From the NCBI GenBank assembly GCA_025786725.1, contig JAHLTZ010000014.1, positions 62,001 to 126,000 on the forward strand: 64,000 nt of DNA, in the 5' to 3' direction. Below the pieces are notes generated by a model. That model was not told the DNA's origin. It made no database searches and worked only from the letters and a program-made list of their open reading frames with translations. This document shows positions 53,975-64,000 of this stretch, piece by piece. The translations under genes were made by a program, and so were the position numbers. Numbering within the stretch: position 1 is the first letter of the stretch; the number at the start of each line of letters is the position of its first letter. This stretch comes from Syncephalis fuscata S228. Lineage: Eukaryota; Fungi; Zoopagomycota.

Positions 53975-55220
53975 GATAAATCTATTCGTTCAACGAAAAA
54001 ACTTTTTAGCTTAACTTGCAATAAGATGAGATGAAAGAGAAGTGGATGAAGTGTCAATACAGAGCAAGTAGTTCAGGTTAAATGTTGCGCTTTTATATCT
54101 GCATGATATACTGAATAGCTACAAAGATTGTCATGCTTTAAAAGTATATTCTAAAAATAAATTGCAAGCGGAATTTAATTGCTTTCTAAATCAAAACGCT
54201 CCTTGTTTTAACAGATTATGTTGGGTAATATTATAATTTTGCTTATCCTTTTTTGTTCAATTGCGTGGATCGTTTCAAGTCAAAGTTTAAAATAGCCAAT
54301 AATAGCAGATGTAAACAAAACTGGAAAACACCGCTAAACAGCCGAGATACTATTGGTTTATTTGGAAAGAATAGCTGTATATTTGTGATGCAATTTGCCA
54401 TTTCTTTACTCCGTAGCATAATTGTGTCATTTTCTTTTAGTTCATACAAAACAGAAGCTGCTTTTTCTACAGGCTTTTAGGTGTTTGAATGTCAAAAGGC
54501 GATGAGTTCTAAGATAAGTCGCTATGTTTTAACATAATGAGTGTAGTGTTCAACTCGCTATTATTACGTTTGTTTCTTTTCTATGCATGATAAGTGATTG
54601 TAGGCTATAATTTGAAAAACAACTCTTCTTGCTTTGTTGAGTGCGGCAGACAAAAAAGTGCATGAATATTGGTCATAAATATAATGTCTGTGTATATGAT
54701 CAAGTGAGTCAAGTTTGAATTGCAAATAATACTTATTAATGCCATATATAATAATATAGGATAATGAATAATAATAGTAAGATTATATTGTATGTGATGA
54801 AATGAAGGCAATACTCGAAGTAAACAAACTCCATAGTAAATATATATACCAATAAACAAACAGCAGTTGTAAATAAAACACTGCTATTATATGATAGAAC
54901 GATACACAGCAGTATGAATACATAAATAGCTAGAAATATAATAAATAAATTAACCATTATCAGCTAAAAGACACTCAATTTTCTATAAATTAACTGTACT
55001 TTTACATTAATAACTATTAGCCAAGCATAATTATTCTGTGATAAAAATTTAATAATTATAAATAATACTATCATTGTTTTTATATAAACAAGGTTAAGGT
55101 GATATTAACACAATAGCATAGTGTAATTCTATAGGTAGAATTTGGTATTAAATAGTAAAAAATACTCTCCTAAGTAAATGTCATTATCACAAAATTATAA
55201 CTGATCATAGATGTAGTGCA

Positions 55221-55864
55221 TAAAATATTTTATATTGTTTATGTAAATGCTATCATACTGATGATTATAAATTACCTAATATTTCCACGCTAAGAATTGC
55301 AACTGCACACTTTCTATGATATTTTAAGCAATATTGTCTACTTGTGCAATAAGCTTATATGTAGATAAGTAGTTGTATAACAATACAATAGCCAATTCTA
55401 TTTAGCATATATTTTACGTATTTTACATGTTGATAACTAATAGTTTGTTTTATTGTATCGTTGCAATTCATTACAATATGAATGTAAAAGCATACAAAAC
55501 AAAGAAATTGAAAACGTGACATTTTTGTTACTGTTACGGTATCTTCATAAACGTTGCGTTTAATTACAGTACCAACCAATTATATAGCTGTTTTCTTAGC
55601 AATTAGTCACCTATTGAATAATTTAAAACCTGTCTAGTTTTACAGACAACTCAATATGAATCCATGTGATTCATTATGCATTTACTTATTGACCAAATAA
55701 TAGCAATAGTCACTCATTAATAGTCATTCAAATGTGTAATCATTGAATAATATAAATAGAATAAAACAGCTCACATTGTGCATGCTTTTTCCTTCTACTT
55801 GTATCCAACACTGTTCTTCCTATCTACTACGTAGCAAACTTTAAGCTGTTATTACTATTCGACC
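55221..55864 (+). repeat. Second copy of the 640-bp upstream block
   Basis: Near-identical to 45405-46045. Confidence 0.92.
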
Positions 55865-57906
55865 ATGTCTTAAATACACGCAGTGAACACTTCTGGCAAA
55901 GCCATGATATTTTGCTGTATTTGTGTCGTTTTATGGAAGAGAAAGAACTAGTGCTTTTTACCACGCTGTCGACATATTTATAAAATAATAGTTGACCAAC
56001 CCAATCATTGGGAGCGACAATATAGACGAAAGTTTTGTCTAGGTGATCGACGTGAGCAAGACTGGCTAACATGGTATAACTTGGATATCAATCCCACATC
56101 AGAATCGGATGAATCTACACTCAATGTAAATAGAACAGACCAGGAACAGTTATTATCGTCTGCTGTTGCAACTGTCGATAATGATGTAATGAATATACGT
56201 CACCTGATAGTCATTTGTTATTAGCACCTAATTTTGAAACCACCAAATGGTTTTATGCTTATCAAAGACGTCGACAGGCTAATCGCAACTTTATGATGGG
56301 CCGATTCAAAAAGCATATGTGTCAATTGCCAATTTATAACTACGCTCAAACCTTCTTGATAAGCATCAATCCTTGGTATGCATTAAAGAGAACTACAGGT
56401 GTATGAACTTGTGGTTAATTCGGCATAATGTATTTAACAAGAGCAATGGACATAACAAAAAAGAGCTGGCTTGGAAAGAATGACTATTCCTTCAGCACGT
56501 TTTATTAGTAATGAAATCATTTCGGATTTTTATGAACACGTCGATTTGTTGTGATCAAAGCTAATATAAGAACATACAATGATGTCAAGCCAATAATATT
56601 GGTGGGCCAATAAGTAAGTAATAATTGTCAATGCTAATGATTATATCAGCTATATATTAACATCAACAATAGCAAATGTGGCGGAGATGGAAGCACAATA
56701 CATTAGAGAAAATGAATCTGAAGTTTCTAATGCTTTAGACGAGCATTCTACTGGCATCTGCCACTACGTCTTCACTGAACGAGAATTTGGCGAACGGCGG
56801 GCTCTTTTAGTGTGGCCTGTTGCTGGCAATTCACCACCTAATATCATTTATCTTGCTTCCAAAGATATGGATTGGGAAGAATCATACCTATGTAAAATAC
56901 TCACTATTTATGAAGACTGGATGGTTTTAAACGCTTGCTATACGAAAGAAAAATGCTATAAATATTATTTATTTAATCTAGATGCAAATCAGTGGATAGC
57001 AGGCCCACAATATAATATGGTTATTTACCTTCCTGTATTCAGTTTACTTATTGGAATCGGTGCCAATTTATTATGTGGACAATATCCGATTCTGTAGAAT
57101 CCAACACTGATTCCAGGTTCATTACTACTCCAGATCCACAAATTGATGACAATGGCAATCAAGTAACACGAATTCAATGGGAGGTATTTGATGCTCAAAA
57201 AGGTCAATCTCAGTGTCAGAAAATATTATCTGATCAAATCACCATTCCATATTGTCCGAACGCTACAATCAAACAGTGGCTTATACAGAGAATATATGTT
57301 TAATCATTATATATGATAAATGAATCAACCATACCATACTTGTAATAGAAATTTAGTCCACTTTCATTATTTGTGCTAGGAAAGTTTTCACCAAATGATT
57401 CACACAATCAATATTTGATGCCAGAGATTACGGTCAAGTATTGCCAATCGATAGTACGACCAAGGACATGTATTATGGATCGATATATAAATGATATAAG
57501 CGTTGTAGGCCTATACAGTGAGAAGCTGATTGTCGTTGAAAAGAATGCAGCATTTGATGTGTTAGATGCTCGAAATGGGGACTTATTGCGCTCAATTGAT
57601 GGTCCATATTACTCAAGAGTTATTCCCTTTCTTGGATCATTATGCGGATTGATTAGCCCAAAACACAAAGAGAGTTGGTTTGTAGATATGCGTACTGGCC
57701 GTATATACGACCCACCAACAAGTCTTACTAACAGACAAGTTGAAGAGGATAAAGAGCATATACCTTTAGGTCCCGTAGAAATAACGCAGTTTCCACCACC
57801 AAATAAGTCTCCATTTTCGGACTTTATTGAATATAAAGCATCAACTGTTGTTGTTGGTAGGGTTAATGAGAAAGATGCTCGTGTATACGAAGCATACATG
57901 TTATAA
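55865..57906 (+). pseudogene. F-box-like family copy D; many small deletions (pseudogene or low-quality consensus)
   Basis: Collinear with copy C but broken into several ORF pieces. The deletions cluster at about 56400-56580 and 57270-57480. Confidence 0.6.
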
Positions 57907-58731
57907 ATAATAAACCTTATTTAAAAATGTTTAGTGTAAATAATCTACGTAATAAACATATTGTAACAATTACATAGCATATTAAAGTATCAACCAATAT
58001 TTAATGTTTAATGGTGCAAATATATCTATATTATTTATTGTAGAATAATCATGGTGTATTTATATATCTACTTGAGCACAAGTACTAATATAATATTGCT
58101 ACTTATTTAATTGTCTTATTATTGCGTTGTTAGTATTATATTAAAAAAGAATGAATCATTTTACACTATTATAATATATTTGTGTCTTTTATTAACAACT
58201 TACTAGCAACTTAATGTGATTTGGGTATCAAATGGCTAGATTTATAATATTTGTATAATTGGACTACACTTTCTTTCTATTAAATATAAAATTAGATGAT
58301 GTGTAATATCAAAGTTTAAAAGATTCATCATCGTAGATTCATTATTCAGCTCGTATATATTTTTTTATCCATCTATCATTTTTACATTACATACTCATAC
58401 TCATATATTATTTTACGATATAACAAACACAGTTTATTTATTATATACTTTAATATACTTTTCTCAATTTACTTATTGAACTATACGCACTATAACTTTA
58501 ACATCACCATCCATATGCTTTCATAGAAATAATAATAAGATTAACATTTGACAGATACTAAATATATATATATTATTTTAAAATGATTATAAGAACAAAG
58601 TATAGATACGTCAACAATAGAATTGTCAACTGTATTGGTTACAATGTGGTGTAACTGTCGACATTTTACAGCGTAATGATGATCAATTAATAGCCACTGC
58701 CACAACATTGTTCAAATGATTTCAACTTTCC

Positions 58732-60465
58732 ATGGCTGATACTGCAATTATACCGTGTTTACTTGAGAGATGTGTGTCGGTTATTAATACTACTATTAGT
58801 GGGAGTAGTATTAGTAACGATACTGCCACTTTTACCTGTGAGCCTAGTTATTTGAATAGTAAAAACAAGCTACAGCTTAAAGTTGTTGGAGATGAGCTGT
58901 CTGAGGATGTACTTGCTACGCTATTAACATTTGTCGCAACTTTCAATACTGCGCAATTTGCAGCTATCTATCTTGCTGATGTTCACGTTACAACACGTGT
59001 GGCCAACGAGCTATCTCATTTATTGTCGCTGCCCACCTGCCAGCTTGAATCTTTAACCTTGATACGTATACGCTGGACACCTACTGACGCTAAACGCGTT
59101 TCTAACGGACTCACGTTTAACCAGTCGCTTGTTACGTTCAATTGCTCTCACTGTCCGCTTGGTAATTTGTTTGTTTATGCTTGCTGTCGCGGATTCCGCT
59201 TAAACAACCTTCAGAAGCTGCGCAATCTTATATTACGCGATAACCAAATTAATGATGGTGCAATGGATTCACTCTGCCCCATACTTACCATGATGGCCGC
59301 AGCCGATAACCAAGAAAAAAAACAACAACGACATGTAAATACCATAAATCATAAATTATCAACTACTATTGCTTGCGCTTTAGCGCCTAAACTACGGCTA
59401 CTTGATCTAGCACATAATGAAATCACTTCTTTTGGTATGAAAATATTTATTGATGCTGTAGCTGCTGGCATACCAATTATCGATCTTAATTTATCGGGTA
59501 ACTTGATCGTGGCGTCGGCCATGACTTCACTATGCAACACATGTGCTCAACGAGAAACACGTGCCGTTACGCGATTACGTCGTTTAGTGTTGAATGAAGT
59601 TGACTGGAGCATGGCGGGAATACGGGCCTTATGCGACTGGCTTAAACAGTCGGACTGTTCTTTAGTAGCTGTTGAACTAAACGACTGCGATCTTAAAGAT
59701 GAGGCTCTAACGGAATTGGCACTCGCTTTAGGTGTCAATACAGGTCTACGCAGCTTACATTATCAGGGCAATCAGTTTACCATTGGATCGTTAACTTTAT
59801 TCTCCGAGGCTCTTCGTATTAACCGACATCTAGAACATTTGGCAATTGATATATCTGATGCTATAACAGCACAACATACAGTTACTAATACTCAGTTACC
59901 TGATAATAACAATGGTAATAATAGAGAAGATAGACGCCAAGAAGAAGAGCATGAAAGTGAAGTAATCACTAGTTTATGGATACTGGCCAGTGTAATACGA
60001 CAAAGCTTTACACTGCAAACATTCGAGTGTTTAATACCCGAACGAGTTGATGTAATGTATCGTCCAGTATGGAAACAATTACAACGTAATCGACGATGCT
60101 TTAAAGCTGTACATAGTAATGCATTTTACGTATTACATGTGGCCCGTCTATTACTGCACACCCAACAACGATGGATTACTGAATCGAAACATGTAACAAC
60201 GAATACCACCCAAATACTTGGTCCAAAATGGCTTCAATTGCCATTTGAACTATTGGAGCGACTATGCTTCTTTGTTGCACCATTACTTTCAATGGAACAA
60301 TTGCGCTATATTCTATACTATGCATCCCACCATCCATTGAATACACCATGGATTCAACTAGAAGGATGGCCCGATGAACGGACAACATTTCTTGAATATG
60401 TACATTGTTTACGGCCTTGCACCGATGCCCTTTATGCTGCTTATTTTTCTGAATCAAAAGTATAA
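58732..60465 (+). CDS. RNI-like leucine-rich repeat protein, intronless, 577 aa
   Basis: LRNLILRDNQINDGA, LRLLDLAHNEITSFG, IIDLNLSGNLI, LVAVELNDCDLKDEA and LRSLHYQGNQFT repeats. Confidence 0.88.
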   Translation: MADTAIIPCLLERCVSVINTTISGSSISNDTATFTCEPSYLNSKNKLQLKVVGDELSEDVLATLLTFVATFNTAQFAAIYLADVHVTTRVANELSHLLSLPTCQLESLTLIRIRWTPTDAKRVSNGLTFNQSLVTFNCSHCPLGNLFVYACCRGFRLNNLQKLRNLILRDNQINDGAMDSLCPILTMMAAADNQEKKQQRHVNTINHKLSTTIACALAPKLRLLDLAHNEITSFGMKIFIDAVAAGIPIIDLNLSGNLIVASAMTSLCNTCAQRETRAVTRLRRLVLNEVDWSMAGIRALCDWLKQSDCSLVAVELNDCDLKDEALTELALALGVNTGLRSLHYQGNQFTIGSLTLFSEALRINRHLEHLAIDISDAITAQHTVTNTQLPDNNNGNNREDRRQEEEHESEVITSLWILASVIRQSFTLQTFECLIPERVDVMYRPVWKQLQRNRRCFKAVHSNAFYVLHVARLLLHTQQRWITESKHVTTNTTQILGPKWLQLPFELLERLCFFVAPLLSMEQLRYILYYASHHPLNTPWIQLEGWPDERTTFLEYVHCLRPCTDALYAAYFSESKV

Positions 60466-60613
60466 TAACAATAACAATAACAATAATAAATGTATATTAA
60501 CTCTAATAATAATAATGATCACTATTTATTATTATACTACTGTTATAACTACTATTGAATCCATCACAGATACTCGATAAAATATAACATCAAATATCCT
60601 TTTCTTTTCTTGT

Positions 60614-61836
60614 TTAACAAAACTATACATAATGATTAGTATCGTCATTGTTAATAATAATAATATGATACTTACCTTCCAGCGATTATTACAAACGACA
60701 CAAGTAACGAACGTTGTCATCGGTTCGTCGGCACTGCGTGTTTGCAATTGGAAATACGTGCATTGCGTTGCTTGCATCTTGGACACTTGAAGGCATCGGT
60801 GGATGCTTCTGGCTGGCCTGCACCTCGTGCTTTAAATAGATTCTGTTCATTGATACGATTATCTTCTTGCTTTTGTTCCTCCGACATCAATTCCTATAAT
60901 GGCGTAGTCATTAGTTAATTGGTCAACTTGATCTACACCAATAATAGCTACTTACCTCTGAAGACATACTACAGAATCGAGTTGCACTTAGACTGCCATC
61001 AACAATGGCTTCACGTAAACCAGGATTATCATTGCCTTTAAGATTTAAATATAGTTCACGAGCTCGTGCTTTGTATCGATCATTTGGAGATCCAAATGAT
61101 TCATAAAGTGCATTTTCAACTTCTATTGCCTTTAAAATGACTCGATCCGCATCTAATACATTATTGTTATTTATTATTATTATTATTATTATTATAATTA
61201 CGCTTACCAGCTGTGTTATTCTTGGCCAGTGCCGTGTAAAACATTTCAATCATTCTATTACGCACTGCACTACTTGTCTTGGCATACACCACTTCATCCG
61301 TTGTAACAGTCCGTTCTTTCAATGCTGATCCAGGTGAAGGTGGCTCACTACCATTAGAAGTGGATCGATGCATAGGCACTTCTGCCCTATTTGTATTAAC
61401 TGTAACTGTTATTGTATTAATACCATCTATTCTACTAATTGTTTAATCTAAACTTACCTTTCTCAACTGCTTCATCGCGTTTTACCATACGACGCCACTT
61501 TGCCACAACATCCTTTGCCCGATCGGCAATACGTGTATTTTCATGTTTACGTAATTTACCCACAAATACACCCACTTTTGTTGACTGTATTAATGTTAAT
61601 TACAAATCATTATATTCATAAATTTATCAAACTACTTACTCGTAAAATATCCTCATTAACACGGACTCGCCCAAAACTGTCCAATATATTCAATATACTC
61701 TATTGACTGCCATTAGCCATTATTATATAAACCATTGATATGCAAACTACTTTACCGTTTCGTCGTTAATTTCCAACTGTCGAGCTAGCTTCTTTTTCAA
61801 TTGAAGTAAATGATCTTCCGGTTTGGCCGCCGACAT
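60614..61836 (-). CDS. DST1: Transcription elongation factor TFIIS, about 6 introns
   Basis: N-terminal [22 protein letters not shown], central [19 protein letters not shown], and zinc ribbon [36 protein letters not shown]. Confidence 0.96.
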
Positions 61837-62100
61837 TATTTTGAATAAAATAACAATACTTTAACAGCAACGACAGTAAGAGTCAGTAGAAAGTGGCACT
61901 TTATATTCGTTTAGTAGAGCCAGGTACTGCTATCACTACGACGATCGTTAAAGAATTAAGAAAAAGAAAAAGATCCAAAACAGCTAATACAATTAATATA
62001 TTTTGTCATACATTATTGTTTTCTTTACTATTATTGTGCTTCTACAAGTGCTCTCCTTTTTCCTACTGTTTTTTATTTACATGCACTACAACTAGCTATT

Positions 62101-64000
62101 ATGTCTATTCGAGTTATTCCATTGGGTGCTGGCCAGGATGTCGGCAAGAGCTGTGTTCTTGTCTCTATCGGCAATAAGAATATAATGTTTGATTGCGGCA
62201 TGCATATGGGCTTTAACGATGCCCGACGCTTTCCCGACTTCTCCTATATATCCAAGTCGGGCCGCTTTACTGAGCTGCTAGACTGTGTTATCGTATCGCA
62301 CTTTCATCTTGATCACTGCGGTGCACTGCCATTCTTTACTGAAATGTGCGGCTATCACGGCCCGGTCTATATGACCCATCCAACCAAAGCAATATGTCCA
62401 ATTCTACTTGAAGATTATCGTAAAATTATGGTGGAGCGTAAAGGCGAGCAAAATTTCTTTACAGCTGAAATGATACGAGCCTGCATGCGTAAAGTGGTGG
62501 GCGTCAGTTTACACGAAACGATACGTGTCGATGACGAACTTGAAATTAAAGCTTACTACGCTGGACATGTACTGGGTGCAGCCATGTTCCACGTACGGGT
62601 GGGCCACCAATCGGTCGTTTATACCGGCGACTACAACATGACACCTGATCGACATTTAGGTGCAGCATGGATTGATCGCTGTCAACCCGATCTACTTATT
62701 ACAGAATCAACCTACGCCACTACTGTACGTGATTCTAAACGGGCCCGTGAAGCTGATCTTCTTAAAAAGGTACAACGCTGTGTGGAACAAGGCGGCAAAG
62801 TACTTATACCTGTATTTGCACTGGGCCGTGCTCAGGAATTATGTGTACTGCTTGAAACTTACTGGGACCGTGTCCATCTAAATGTGCCTATCTATTTCTC
62901 GGCTGGTCTTACCGAAAAGGCCAATCACTACTATCGTTATTCATTGGATGGACAAATCAAAAGATTAAAAAAACATTTGCCGATAGAAATGCTTTTGATT
63001 TCCGTGGTATTAAAGCATGGCATCCGGCCTATTTCAACCAAACAGGTCCTATGGTATTGTTTGCTACACCGGGTATGCTACATCAAGGCACTTCATTGAA
63101 GGCATTCCAACAATGGTCTGCCGATCCACGCAATATGGTCATTCTGCCTGGATATTGTGTTACTGGTACAGTTGGTGCCAAGGTATTGGCTGGTCAAAAG
63201 AAAATAGATATCGATGCATTTACTACGATTGAAGTGAATCTACAAGTAGAGAATTTGTCATTTAGTGCACATGCTGATGCCAAGGGTATTTTACAACTAA
63301 TACGTCAATGTAAACCACGACATGTTTGTTTAGTACATGGTGAACGACGTAAAATGGAATTACTTGCTGCAGATATTACACGTACACTTCATACACCATG
63401 CTTTTATCCGGCTAATGGATCAGCGATCACCATTAATGGACATCGTGAAATACCCATACGTGTAGCTAAACGCACTTTATTACGAGATCGACTAAAACAG
63501 CTCAATAACAACAACAATAACAACAACGATACAGCAATGGCAACAAATCTACCCAATATTATAACTAAAAGCAGTAAAGAAGCTGCCGGCAATACAGAAG
63601 AATTGGTTAAAGGTATTGTACTGCTTGAAGGTAACGATGTTCAATTAGTATCGTTAGATGAAGCCTCTTATAAAGGACAGAAACATGATGTAAAATATAA
63701 ATTACGTATGATTTGTCAACCATTGTCCAGTTCAGGACATATTGATAACTACAATAACGATAATACGGTAAATACAACATCAATGATAAATGAACTGATA
63801 AATCGTATACATGACACATTATCATCTGCTTCTTCTATGACCAATTGTAAGATACAAACTACAAATAATACAATAACTATTAATGATGTGGCAATTCAAC
63901 TTGTTACATCCTCTACAAGTCCTACAGCTGATATCACTTTTGAGGATAAATACTATGCTGAAATTAGCTGGATTCACTCGGATTATACACTTGCTGGACG
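62101..64000 (+). CDS. INTS11: Integrator complex subunit 11 (CPSF3L) beta-CASP nuclease; intronless here, frameshift near 62937, runs off the window end
   Basis: [110 protein letters not shown] and LVHGE. These are INTS11-type rather than CPSF73-type motifs. Confidence 0.93.

Noticed and set aside
1-64000. tRNA, rRNA, CRISPR arrays or autonomous transposons
   Set aside because: I found no cloverleaf or T-loop context, no repeat-spacer array, and no transposase or reverse transcriptase motifs by eye. Small ncRNAs in the large gaps cannot be excluded without an Infernal search.

Overview
Gene-dense, AT-rich eukaryotic DNA with many short (about 45-110 nt) introns. The gene set points to an early-diverging fungus: ureG, a half-size ABCA transporter, the Integrator subunit INTS11, minor-spliceosome introns, signal-peptide kinases and an expanded F-box family. 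A Zoopagomycota parasite such as Syncephalis is my inference, not something shown by the sequence. Conserved genes are ureG, PRO1, an NDE/NDI-type NADH dehydrogenase, RTP1/TANGO6, PPIL2, an AN1 zinc-finger protein, ABCA, xanthine dehydrogenase, PEX19, an ATG14/UVRAG-like protein, HAP3/NF-YB, TMEM14, TFIIS and INTS11. Accessory genes are interleaved: four dispersed copies of an F-box-like family, two tandem secreted-type kinases, two small secreted proteins, an F-box/WD40 gene and an LRR gene. The strongest hidden signal is three AT-AC (U12-type) introns in three unrelated genes: ABCA 26440-26512, XDH 33293-33391 and HAP3 52408-52517. They occur among roughly 110 introns counted by hand, and two have an unusually distant branch point. 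Many reading-frame breaks are single-base deletions in short base runs, even in conserved genes, so they are probably consensus errors rather than pseudogenisation.
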